The translations under genes were made by a program, and so were the position numbers. 55,604 nucleotides of DNA. It comes from Fidelibacterota bacterium (GTDB lineage: Bacteria; Fidelibacterota; Fidelibacteria; Fidelibacterales; DSDE01). The stretch spans positions 1 to 55,604 of the forward strand of contig JBJKQR010000034.1 in NCBI GenBank assembly GCA_046735395.1, in the 5' to 3' direction. The notes beneath the pieces are model-generated. The model searched no databases, was not told where the DNA came from, and was given only the letters and a program-made list of their open reading frames with translations. Position 1 is the first letter of the stretch. Every line of letters starts with the position of its first letter. This document shows positions 28,719 to 38,209 of the stretch, one piece after another.

Positions 28719-31205
28719 ATGACCACTCCGGAATTGATTCCATTAGATTATATTCTTTCCCAGGCCGAGAAGCCCGGGCGCTATTGCGGCGGAGAACTGA
28801 ACACGGTCCGCCGCAGGCCGGAAGATGCAGATCTGAGCCTTTGTCTGATCTATCCCGACACCTATGAGGTCGGCATGCCCTTCCTCGGGTTTCAGATTCT
28901 GTATCATCTCATCAACCGCAACCCGCGCCTTCTGGCCGAACGCTGTTATGCGCCCTGGACCGACATGGAGGAGCTCCTGCGCAAGCATGAGATTCCGCTC
29001 TTCTCGCTGGAGAACCGACGCGCTCTGTCCGACTTTGACATTCTCGGCTTTACACTGCCTTACGAACTGAACTATACGAATATTCTGAATATTCTGGATC
29101 TGGGCCACATCCCGGTTCGCCGGCAGGACCGGCAGGAAAATCATCCCCTCATCCTTGCAGGAGGCGCCTGCGCATTAAATCCGGAACCCATCGCAGATTT
29201 CATTGATATATTTTTTATGGGAGACGCGGAAGATGCCATTGAGGAAATCCTTGAAGACATCCGGGTGATGAAAATGCACGGCCGGCCACGACGGGCCATC
29301 CTGCAGGAACTGAACCGGCCCGGGGACGGACTCTATGTTCCCGAATTCTATACTCCCGGCTCTGCTGCGGCGGTACAGGTCCGCAAAGTTACGAATCTCC
29401 GTCCGGAACACTATCCGATCCGCCCCATCATTCCGCTGATCGACATTACCCACGATCGTTTCGCTCTGGAAATTCAGCGCGGATGCACGGAAGGCTGCCG
29501 CTTCTGTCAGGCAGGAATGATCAACCGCCCCGTCCGCGAACGGCCCGCCGCCGATCTCATCGCCCAGACCCGGCAGACCATAGAGGCCACAGGTTTCGAG
29601 GAAATGTCTCTGCTCTCCCTCAATACTTCGGACTACAGCAGCCTTGATCCCCTGCTGGAAGCGCTGGATCCCTTTGCAAAAGAGCGCAATCTGTCCATTT
29701 CCTTTCCATCCCTGCGCCTGGATAATATCAGCGAACCCATTCTGAAGATGGCCGCATCCCAGCGCAAATCCGGATTTACCTTCGCGCCGGAGGCCGGTTC
29801 CCAGCGGCTGAGGAATGTCATCAACAAGAATATTTCCGATGAGGATCTGTTCTCCACGGTGGAGCTCGCACTGCAGAAAGGCTGGAAGACCCTGAAATTC
29901 TACTATATGCTGGGCCTGCCGACCGAAACCCGCGAGGACCTTCAGGCCATGGTTGATCAGATCCGGCATATTCACATCCTTTCCCGGAAATACGGCCGGG
30001 TCACCATCAATGTCACGCTCTCAAGTTTCATACCCAAACCCTTTACACCCTTTCAATGGGAGCGGCAGTGTTCACCGGACGAATTTCAGGAAAAAATTGA
30101 TTTCATAAAAAGCCAGCTGCATCTCCGGAATCTGAATCTGAAAAGCCGGGATCCGGAAGCGTCCCGAATCGAAGGGCTTCTGGCCAGAGGCGGTGCCGCC
30201 ATGGCCGGCGTGATTTATAAAGCATGGTCGTCGGGTGCAAAATTCGACGCCTGGAAAGATAAATTTAAACTTAACATTTGGAGCAAAGCTTTAGAAGACC
30301 TTTCCCCGGATGCGGATGATCCGCTTGGGGAAAAAGAACCCGGTGCACCGTTGCCCTGGGACTTTATCGACACGGGGCTTACGCGGGACTTTCTCATGAG
30401 TGAAAGGCAGAAGGCGGTTCAGGAAACACTGACCCGTGACTGCCGGGACGGGTGCACGCTCTGCGGCGTCTGTGATTTCAAATCTCTCAAAATGCAGATT
30501 TCCGCAAAGGAATCGGAAGCGGTTCAGATGAGCACTCCCGAAGTGGCCCGTCCTGAGGAAGAAGAGAAAACGTCCATTCTGATGCGGCTGCATTTCGAGA
30601 AAAAAGGGACGCTGCGCTATACGGGACACCACGAAATCTTTCGTATCCTTCAGCGCGCAGGAAATATCCTGGGACTGCCACTGGTCTATAGCTCCGGTTT
30701 CAACCGCAGGCCACGGATTTCCATGGGCTTTCCCGTTCCGATGGGATACGAAGCGCTGAATGAAGCGCTCGACATGGAATTCCATCAGCCGGTTTCGGAC
30801 ATTGCCGCAACCCTGAACACCGTCCTGCCGAAGGGATTTTGCATCCTTCGGGCTGCCGCCATCGAAAAATCCGAATCCTCTGTCATGTCCGCCACCCACA
30901 CGCTCTGCTATGAGGCCCGCTTTCTTGAGGAAGAGGATGCCCGGACAGCCCGGGAAAAATTACCGGAGATTCTGGCCGGCGACAGCCTTCATGTCATGCG
31001 CCACCATCCCCGGAAGGGCGACAGGATGATCGACCTCAAACCCTTTCTTATTGAGGCATCGGTTTTGTCCGATCGACGGCTGCAGGCCTGCTTCCGTGTC
31101 ATTGAGGGCCGGAGTGTCAAACTCGCGGAATTCCTGTCTCTCCTTTTTCCCGACCAGACGCTGCCGCCTTTTCTCGGGATCCGGACGGACGCCCGGCTGG
31201 CCTGA
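28719..31205 (+). CDS. TIGR03960-type radical SAM protein fused to a TIGR03936/DUF2344 domain
   Basis: EKPGRY.GGE.N, PDTYEVGM, RGCTEGCRFCQAG, FAPEAGSQRLR, FIPKP.TPFQW; C-terminal F.K.G.LRY.GH...YSSGFN.RPRIS. Confidence 0.9.
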   Translation: MTTPELIPLDYILSQAEKPGRYCGGELNTVRRRPEDADLSLCLIYPDTYEVGMPFLGFQILYHLINRNPRLLAERCYAPWTDMEELLRKHEIPLFSLENRRALSDFDILGFTLPYELNYTNILNILDLGHIPVRRQDRQENHPLILAGGACALNPEPIADFIDIFFMGDAEDAIEEILEDIRVMKMHGRPRRAILQELNRPGDGLYVPEFYTPGSAAAVQVRKVTNLRPEHYPIRPIIPLIDITHDRFALEIQRGCTEGCRFCQAGMINRPVRERPAADLIAQTRQTIEATGFEEMSLLSLNTSDYSSLDPLLEALDPFAKERNLSISFPSLRLDNISEPILKMAASQRKSGFTFAPEAGSQRLRNVINKNISDEDLFSTVELALQKGWKTLKFYYMLGLPTETREDLQAMVDQIRHIHILSRKYGRVTINVTLSSFIPKPFTPFQWERQCSPDEFQEKIDFIKSQLHLRNLNLKSRDPEASRIEGLLARGGAAMAGVIYKAWSSGAKFDAWKDKFKLNIWSKALEDLSPDADDPLGEKEPGAPLPWDFIDTGLTRDFLMSERQKAVQETLTRDCRDGCTLCGVCDFKSLKMQISAKESEAVQMSTPEVARPEEEEKTSILMRLHFEKKGTLRYTGHHEIFRILQRAGNILGLPLVYSSGFNRRPRISMGFPVPMGYEALNEALDMEFHQPVSDIAATLNTVLPKGFCILRAAAIEKSESSVMSATHTLCYEARFLEEEDARTAREKLPEILAGDSLHVMRHHPRKGDRMIDLKPFLIEASVLSDRRLQACFRVIEGRSVKLAEFLSLLFPDQTLPPFLGIRTDARLA

Positions 31206-31243
31206 AAAACTCTTCAAAGCTTTCTCCGCTCACAAGGAAACAC

Positions 31244-32770
31244 ATGAAAAAAGAAATTCTGATGAACGCCACATCGCTGGAAACCCGTACTGCCCTCATC
31301 GAGGACGGGAAGCTGGTTGAACTCTATGTGGAAACCCATGAAAATGATGATGAAGAAACGACCGGTAACATCTATTACGGAAAGATCGAAAATGTCCTGA
31401 AGGGTATTCAGGCCGCCTTCGTTGATATCGGGCTCGGCAATAATGCCTTTCTGCCCTTTTCCGAGGTGGGCAAGGATGCGCATCTCAGCACCGTTCTGGA
31501 TGCGGACGAAAAGGATACGGAAGACGTCCGCTTCGTCAACCCCATTTCCGGAATCGACGACCTGGTTACCGGAAAGGACGTCCTGGTTCAGATCGTCAAG
31601 GAACCCTGGGGCGAAAAAGGCGCGCGCGTCACCTCCAACATTTCTCTTCCCGGCCGCTACCTGGTCTATGTTCCCTATACCAATTACATCGGCATCTCAA
31701 AGAAGATCACCAATTACGGCGAAAAACGCCGCCTGAAGAAAATGGCTCAGAAACTCAAGCCCGACGGCTTCGGCCTGATCGTACGGACCGTCGCTGAAAA
31801 GATTTCCGAAGATGCCTTTCTGAAGGATATGAACAGCCTGCAGAGCACCTGGGACGATATTCAGAAAACCATCCGGAAAACGCCGGCGCCGACCCTCGTC
31901 TACTCTGAGCCGGAACGGACCTCCAAGGTTATCCGCGACCTGTTCACGGACGAAGTCAGCCGTGTCCTCATTGACAACCGCGCACTTCATAAAAAACTGT
32001 ACAGTTACGTCAAATCCCTCAATTCTTCGATGGCGCCGAAAATTCAGTATTACGATTCCGGCTATATTTTCGAAACCTATAACGTCATCGAGCAGATTGA
32101 AGAGAGCCTGCAGCGCAAAGTCTGGCTGAAAAGCGGCGGACATATCGTCATCGAACACACGGAGGCGCTGGTCTCCATCGATGTGAACTCCGGCAAGTTC
32201 ATCGGCCGCAAGGATCAGGAAAAGAACAGCCTGAAGATCAATATGGAAGCGGCGGTGGAAATTGCCCGCCAGCTCCGCCTGCGCGATATCGGCGGATTGA
32301 TCGTCATCGATTTCATCGATATGAATGATGCCGCCAATAAAAGCCGGCTCGTCAAAACCTTCAAACAGGAAATGCACAAGGACCGGGCAAAAATCGTTGT
32401 ATCGAATCTGTCCAATTTCGGCCTGCTGGAGCTCACCCGTCAGCGGACCCGCATGAGCCTGCTTTTTTCCGTCAGCGAGGAATGCCCCGTCTGCAAGGGC
32501 CTGGGACGTATCCCGTCCAAGGAATCCATTGTCACCAAAATCGACAACTGGATCCGTAACTTCAGACGGAACAATCGTGAGTTCCGCATTATCCTGAAGC
32601 TCCATCCCGACATGAAGGAATACATTCAGACCGAACAGAAAATTCTCTTCCGCAAACTGCGCTGGAAATACCTGCTGAAAATTGATTTTGTGGAGGACAA
32701 GACGCTGGGGATCGGTGAATTCAAGGTTTTTTCCAAGAAAAACAACAACGAACTCACCAATTTATACTGA
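31244..32770 (+). CDS. rng: Ribonuclease E/G family
   Basis: GNIYYGKIENVL.GIQAAFVDIG, IDVNSG, ARQLRLRDIGGLIVIDFIDM, CPVCKGLG. Confidence 0.94.
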   Translation: MKKEILMNATSLETRTALIEDGKLVELYVETHENDDEETTGNIYYGKIENVLKGIQAAFVDIGLGNNAFLPFSEVGKDAHLSTVLDADEKDTEDVRFVNPISGIDDLVTGKDVLVQIVKEPWGEKGARVTSNISLPGRYLVYVPYTNYIGISKKITNYGEKRRLKKMAQKLKPDGFGLIVRTVAEKISEDAFLKDMNSLQSTWDDIQKTIRKTPAPTLVYSEPERTSKVIRDLFTDEVSRVLIDNRALHKKLYSYVKSLNSSMAPKIQYYDSGYIFETYNVIEQIEESLQRKVWLKSGGHIVIEHTEALVSIDVNSGKFIGRKDQEKNSLKINMEAAVEIARQLRLRDIGGLIVIDFIDMNDAANKSRLVKTFKQEMHKDRAKIVVSNLSNFGLLELTRQRTRMSLLFSVSEECPVCKGLGRIPSKESIVTKIDNWIRNFRRNNREFRIILKLHPDMKEYIQTEQKILFRKLRWKYLLKIDFVEDKTLGIGEFKVFSKKNNNELTNLY

Positions 32771-32823
32771 TCAGCCCCGTGAAAAGCGTTGATATACAGC
32801 AGCGTTTTTAATAAAATCACTGA

Positions 32824-34392
32824 ATGGCACGCCAAACCATAAACAGAGCCCGTTTCACATGGTTATGGGTTATTCTGTTGTCGGCAGTTACACTGTCCGC
32901 AGCCATCCGCAGTGCCCAGGTCAAATCCTATCTCTCCACCGTTTATAAAAAAGCGGTCACCCTGAATGAAAAATGCGCGGCCCTGCCCTCGGGGGACGCA
33001 AACCGGGCCTTTGCAGAAAAAGCGGTAAAAAGCCTGAAGAATGAAGCCCGGACGCTGTCCCGATTGTCAGCCAATGAATCGTCCGCCCAGAGTCAGGCAG
33101 AATTAAAAAAAATGGCCCTCCGGCTGCGGCGTATCAATGACGCGCTCGATACGAAGCTGTCTACGCTGAATACGTCTCCGCCAGCCGCCGCCGGGAATTC
33201 CCCGGAAGATATCTCGCAGCAGATTCAGATGTATACTAATAAAATCAACGAGCTGAAAAACCAGCTTCCGCCGCCGCCCAAAACGCTTACGCCCCTTGAT
33301 TCCGCCCTGGCACTGCTGAAATCCGGGAAAGCGCGGGACGCGGCGAACCGCCTGGACCGTCTGATGATAAAACATCCCACAGACGATCAGCTCTACTATT
33401 TTTCTGCACAGGCATATCATGATCTCGGTGAAAATACCACGGCCCGACAGGCTCTGCGGGAAGCGCTGCGCATCCAATCCTCAAAATCGGAATACTGGGA
33501 TCTGCTGGGCCAGATTCAGGTGGATATGGGCGACCGAACCGCCGCCTTTTCCGCATTCAATGAAGCCCTGATGCTGAACCCCGGGAACTGGGATTCACGC
33601 ATGCATATTGCCGGCCTCCTTCTCGCGGAAGGCCTGGCCGACAGTGCAGAAACCATTTACCTGGCGGCTGAAAAAGCCGGCGCCAGTCTTCCCCTCGCCT
33701 ATCAGGGAATCGCCCGGATCTCCGCCGGCCGGAAAAATTATGAACGCGCCAAAACCTATTATCTCAAGGCACTGGAACTTCTTCCGCAGAACGGGGACCT
33801 GCTCCTCGGCCTGGGGAATATTTATCTCGCGGAAAAACAGTATCGCTATGCCGCCGAATATTATCAGGAATTATTGAAGAACAATCCCGCTCAGTTCGAT
33901 GCCCGCTTTTCGCTGGGCCGGGTCTGGTTCGAGAGCGGAGATTATCCCTCTGCCATGTATCAGTGGGAACATCTTTACAGCCTGAATGAAAATTATCCGG
34001 ACATTCGCTTCTGGCTGCCGGTTGTGTATTTTGTACACGGAGAACGGCTGCAGCAGAAGGGAAATTATGCCGAATCAACCCGGCTGTATCAGAAAGCCCT
34101 GGCCATGAATCCTCAATCGCAGCAATGGCTCTCCTACGCCAATTACATCCTGGGAGAGGACGCCCGGCGGCTTCATAATTACCGGGATGCGGAAAAATAT
34201 CTGAAAAAGGCTCTTGAAATCAATCCAAGGTCGCTGGAAAGCTGCTTTTCTCTGGGCATGATGCACTGGGATATGAAGGATTACGACGGCGCCCGTGAAT
34301 ACTGGACCTATATTCTGAATATTGATCCCGATGATGCAAATGCCCGCTCCTGGCTGAACCTTCTCAAGACACAACAGGCCGAACCGAAGTAG
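32824..34392 (+). CDS. Exported TPR-repeat protein with N-terminal coiled coil
   Basis: Signal-peptide-like N-terminus; roughly 9-10 TPR units (e.g. AKTYYLKALELLPQN, AEKYLKKALEINP). Confidence 0.88.
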   Translation: MARQTINRARFTWLWVILLSAVTLSAAIRSAQVKSYLSTVYKKAVTLNEKCAALPSGDANRAFAEKAVKSLKNEARTLSRLSANESSAQSQAELKKMALRLRRINDALDTKLSTLNTSPPAAAGNSPEDISQQIQMYTNKINELKNQLPPPPKTLTPLDSALALLKSGKARDAANRLDRLMIKHPTDDQLYYFSAQAYHDLGENTTARQALREALRIQSSKSEYWDLLGQIQVDMGDRTAAFSAFNEALMLNPGNWDSRMHIAGLLLAEGLADSAETIYLAAEKAGASLPLAYQGIARISAGRKNYERAKTYYLKALELLPQNGDLLLGLGNIYLAEKQYRYAAEYYQELLKNNPAQFDARFSLGRVWFESGDYPSAMYQWEHLYSLNENYPDIRFWLPVVYFVHGERLQQKGNYAESTRLYQKALAMNPQSQQWLSYANYILGEDARRLHNYRDAEKYLKKALEINPRSLESCFSLGMMHWDMKDYDGAREYWTYILNIDPDDANARSWLNLLKTQQAEPK

Positions 34393-34399
34393 GTTTACA

Positions 34400-36217
34400 A
34401 TGGAATTGTCAGTCCCCCAGCTTAAAGCGCTCATGGAAATCTTTTCCGAGCTTGATACCAAGCGCATTCTGCGAATCTCCGTTGAAAAAGTTTCTCAGAT
34501 TCTCGGCGCGCGCGGCTGCTCCATTTTTCTGTATGATGAAAGCAATAATCTGATCGAACTGGCCGAAACCACGGGAATCGACATACAGGGCGAGAAACGA
34601 ATCATCTATAAGGAAGGCGAGGGCCTGACCGGCTGGGTATTTGCCCACAAGAAACCGCTGCTCATTCAGGATTTCGACACCATGAATGACGAAGATCTGC
34701 AGAAGGCGCACAGCAGCACCATCGCCTGGACCGGCAAGTACAGCGAAGGGAAGAAACGCAAGCCCAAATCCTACCTCGCCGTTCCCCTCATCTCCAGCAA
34801 TCAGATCTTTTACGGCATTATCCGCGCTGCGTCGGATGACAATAATTTCACCGATACGGATCTGGAAATCCTCAAACGTGTAGCCATCTATATCACCATC
34901 GCCATCGTGAACAGCCAGCATTATTTTGAGGAGCGGAAAAAAGCGGATTACCTCCAGCTTCTCATGGAATTCGGAAACAAACTTCATTCCTATTACAATC
35001 TCAAGGATCTGCTGAATTTCGTTGCCCGCCAGACGACGGCAACCTTTTCCGCCGAAAGCTGCGAAATCTATCTGCTGGATCCGGAAGTCAAAAACCGCCT
35101 CGTCCTGCGCGCCGGCCACGGCATCCCCAAAAAACTCATTGATAACGCGGAACATCAGGTGGGAGAAGGCCTCACGGGAACTCTGGTCAAGGAAAAACGC
35201 ATCATCCGTCTCTCCAATGTCCTCGAGTATCCCAAGTACAAGGGAAAGTACCGGAAAGTGATGAAGGAAAGCCTTCAGTACGGAGACCGGCTTGCCTTTC
35301 TGGGAATTCCCATTTCCGTGAAGACCGAAGTGACCGGCTGCCTGAAACTGTATAATAAAATACCCAAATACCGCGGCGGCCCCAATATATTCACCGATGA
35401 TGACGAAAAATACCTGGCCATTCTGGGTGATATCCTTGCTGTCGCCATCGAAAATCTTCAGTACCTGGAAAGCATGCAGACCTCGGCTATACAGATGTTC
35501 AAGACGCAGCGCCTCACCGCCCTCGGCACGGTGGCCATCCGCATCCCCAATGAAGTCAGCAATCCCCTGACGACCAGCCAGCTTCAGATAAAGAATTTAT
35601 TGCGCAAGCTTCAGAAAAATTCTGAAGGAATCGCGCCCGAAAGCGTACTGCAGACGATACAGACCGTGGATCAGCAGCTGAAGGAAGTGGCGACCGGCAT
35701 CAAAGTCCTGCAGGATTTCTCGACCAAGGCCGGCTTTCTGAAAACACAGAAAACCTGGCAGGAAATTCTCGACGAGAGCCTCCTTTTTCTCAGTGACGAA
35801 ATCATCCGGAAAAAAGTCAAGATGAAGCGGAATAAAAGCCTCGAGGAAAAAATTCCCAAGGTCACCATCGAACCCAACGAAATGATAGAAATTATCATCA
35901 ATCTTCTGCTCCTGGCCATTTCACCGCTGAAGCACTACGACGGTCTCGTCGATATCACGGCGGAATATTTTCCCGAGACCGGCCTGCTGAAGACCCTCTT
36001 CTTTTCGGAGGACAACCTGACAGGGACCCGGATGAGCCAGACCAGCATCACCAGCATCGATGATTCGGAAATTCTTACGCCCCAGCAATTCATGTTCAAT
36101 GTCTCCAAGGAAATCATCAAGCATAATTATAACGGCAGCATCGACCTCCTTCCGCATTACAGCGGAGTCAGCATTGAACTGAACATCCCCATAGGAGAAC
36201 ACAGTGGCAATTTATAA
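34400..36217 (+). CDS. Tandem-GAF protein with a degenerate histidine-kinase module (pseudokinase)
   Basis: Two GAF domains (GEGLTGWV..SYLAVPL; GEGLTGTL..AFLGIPI..FTDDD); H-box region reads ALGTVAIRIPNEVSNPL with no His; N and G boxes eroded. Confidence 0.82.
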   Translation: MELSVPQLKALMEIFSELDTKRILRISVEKVSQILGARGCSIFLYDESNNLIELAETTGIDIQGEKRIIYKEGEGLTGWVFAHKKPLLIQDFDTMNDEDLQKAHSSTIAWTGKYSEGKKRKPKSYLAVPLISSNQIFYGIIRAASDDNNFTDTDLEILKRVAIYITIAIVNSQHYFEERKKADYLQLLMEFGNKLHSYYNLKDLLNFVARQTTATFSAESCEIYLLDPEVKNRLVLRAGHGIPKKLIDNAEHQVGEGLTGTLVKEKRIIRLSNVLEYPKYKGKYRKVMKESLQYGDRLAFLGIPISVKTEVTGCLKLYNKIPKYRGGPNIFTDDDEKYLAILGDILAVAIENLQYLESMQTSAIQMFKTQRLTALGTVAIRIPNEVSNPLTTSQLQIKNLLRKLQKNSEGIAPESVLQTIQTVDQQLKEVATGIKVLQDFSTKAGFLKTQKTWQEILDESLLFLSDEIIRKKVKMKRNKSLEEKIPKVTIEPNEMIEIIINLLLLAISPLKHYDGLVDITAEYFPETGLLKTLFFSEDNLTGTRMSQTSITSIDDSEILTPQQFMFNVSKEIIKHNYNGSIDLLPHYSGVSIELNIPIGEHSGNL

Positions 36218-37430
36218 GGATATCCTCATCATTGATGACAGCCGTCCCTTCTGTGAAAGCATCCATGACCTCATCAGCGATGAAACGGAATGGAGCTCGG
36301 AATTTGTGGATGATGGTGAAACCGGCATTGCGAAACTTCAGGAAAATGAATACAACATTGTCCTTCTCGACCTGAAGATGCCCGGAATCAGCGGCCTGGA
36401 GGTTCTCAGTCAGCTGAACAGCCTGGATCTCATCAAATCCAATTATATCATCGTTCTCACCGGGGAAATTACCATTGAAAATGCCGTCGATTCACTTCAG
36501 TACGGCGCGCGGGATTTTATACAGAAACCGACCGTTGTCGAATATCCGGATATTTTCATCGAGCGCATAAAAAAAGGCTTCGACTGGCAGGAGGAACGGC
36601 GTATCAACGAGCAGCTGAAGAAGGACCGGCAGAAGGCCATTGAAGAATCTCAGCTCATTGTAAAAAGCGTCGGCCACGACATGAGCGGATCCTACTATGG
36701 CTCTCTCATGCTGCGGATGCAGTCCCTCAATAAGAAAATCAGCAAGATACACGGCATCGTGACCGATACGATTTCAGGGCCGCTTCAGGCTGAAGACGCA
36801 GCGTCCGCCATCCCGGAACTCCGCGACGCCGCTGAAAAAATATCGGACCTGAGCACGGACTGCCTGGACCGAAGCGCCAGTATCATCGAGCTCATGGAAT
36901 TCTTCAAGGAACTGGGCGAAAAGCTGAAGCATCTGGGTAATGCCATTGCCATCGACAGTTCGCATCAGAAGACCATCGACCTGAGCAAACTGCTGCGCTC
37001 AGCTGTACATGTATTTGCCGACGCCAAGGTCCACGAGAATCCGGATGTACTGCTTGACGAAAGCTATCACGAGGCGCCGCTGCAGGTACGGGCTTCCGAG
37101 GAAGATCTGATCCGGGTTTTTCTCAATCTCATTGAAAATGCCTATAAGGCCATGGACGGAAGCGGCACTCTTCGCATCCGGACCTTTATTGACAATGGCC
37201 GGGCCACCGCAGAGATTTCCGATACAGGCTGCGGTATTCCCGAGGAAAAACTTGATAAAATCTGGCGTCCGGACTACACCAGCTGGAAAAACAAAACCGG
37301 GACCGGCCTGGGCCTGCTCATCTGCCGCAAGGCGATTGAAAACTCCAATGGCAGCATCACCGTCTCCAGTCAGGTTGATGTGGGCACAAGCTTCTCCGTA
37401 TCCTTTGAACTCTGCGAAAATTGCGGGTAA
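36204..37430 (+). CDS. Hybrid REC-histidine kinase (cytoplasmic)
   Basis: REC: ILIIDD, LLDLKMPG, LTG, KP; H-box VGHDM; NLIENAYKAM, DTGCGI, GTGLGL. Confidence 0.92.
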   Translation: MAIYKDILIIDDSRPFCESIHDLISDETEWSSEFVDDGETGIAKLQENEYNIVLLDLKMPGISGLEVLSQLNSLDLIKSNYIIVLTGEITIENAVDSLQYGARDFIQKPTVVEYPDIFIERIKKGFDWQEERRINEQLKKDRQKAIEESQLIVKSVGHDMSGSYYGSLMLRMQSLNKKISKIHGIVTDTISGPLQAEDAASAIPELRDAAEKISDLSTDCLDRSASIIELMEFFKELGEKLKHLGNAIAIDSSHQKTIDLSKLLRSAVHVFADAKVHENPDVLLDESYHEAPLQVRASEEDLIRVFLNLIENAYKAMDGSGTLRIRTFIDNGRATAEISDTGCGIPEEKLDKIWRPDYTSWKNKTGTGLGLLICRKAIENSNGSITVSSQVDVGTSFSVSFELCENCG

Positions 37431-37495
37431 ATACTGCTTTAATCAATGGTCAGAATGTCGTAACTTCAAAATCGAACATGAAACAGGAGCAAACA

Positions 37496-38098
37496 ATGGA
37501 AAAAACAATATTGATCGTCGATGACAAGAAACTGCTGAGGGATACTCTGATAGATTATCTCGGCGACGAAAACTACCATTTTCTTGAAGCGGAGGATGGA
37601 GAAAAGGCTCTCGACCTGTATCGGAATAAATCCGTTGACCTGGTTCTGCTCGATGAAAATCTGCCCGGGATCGATGGCCTCAAAACCCTTCAGCTCATGA
37701 AAAAAATCAAGAAGGATACTCCGATTATCGGACTGACCGGAGAGCTGACCATAGAGGTTCGTGAAAATTTCCTCCAGTACGGCGCCTACGATGTACAGAC
37801 AAAATCCGCCATTTATGAAAAACTCATTCCCTCTCTGGAAGCCGCTCTCGAAGGAAAGGAATCCTCGGCCACCGGAAGCCGGGAAATCGATTATAACGCG
37901 AAAGCGGAAGAACTCAAGGCCGACGGACGCTGGGAAGAATCAGCCCTGTACCTCAAGGAAGCCGGTGTCGAGCAGAAAGTTCTGGGCAACACCACCGAGG
38001 CAAAATCACTTTTTGAAGAAGCCATTATTCGCTACAAACGCGCCGGCCGAACCACCAAGGCTCGCGAAGTCGAGGAACTTCTCAATGAAATCAGCTGA
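37496..38098 (+). CDS. Response regulator with a TPR/SNAP-like helical output domain
   Basis: AGGAG SD; ILIVDD, LLDENLPG, LTG, K; helical C-terminus with no HTH. Confidence 0.88.
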   Translation: MEKTILIVDDKKLLRDTLIDYLGDENYHFLEAEDGEKALDLYRNKSVDLVLLDENLPGIDGLKTLQLMKKIKKDTPIIGLTGELTIEVRENFLQYGAYDVQTKSAIYEKLIPSLEAALEGKESSATGSREIDYNAKAEELKADGRWEESALYLKEAGVEQKVLGNTTEAKSLFEEAIIRYKRAGRTTKAREVEELLNEIS

Positions 38099-38209
38099 TA
38101 TCTTGCGGGTTATCTTCTTATAATTCAGACGCTTGCAAGATAAAAGGTTTGTATCGGATAATTATATTGACTAAATTCCCCGGCTAAATCGACGGGGACG
38201 CAGGATAAA

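Noticed and set aside
38100..38209. Possible SRP RNA or ffh leader upstream of ffh
   Set aside because: Only a weak CCCCG/CGGGG hairpin; no SRP domain IV motif
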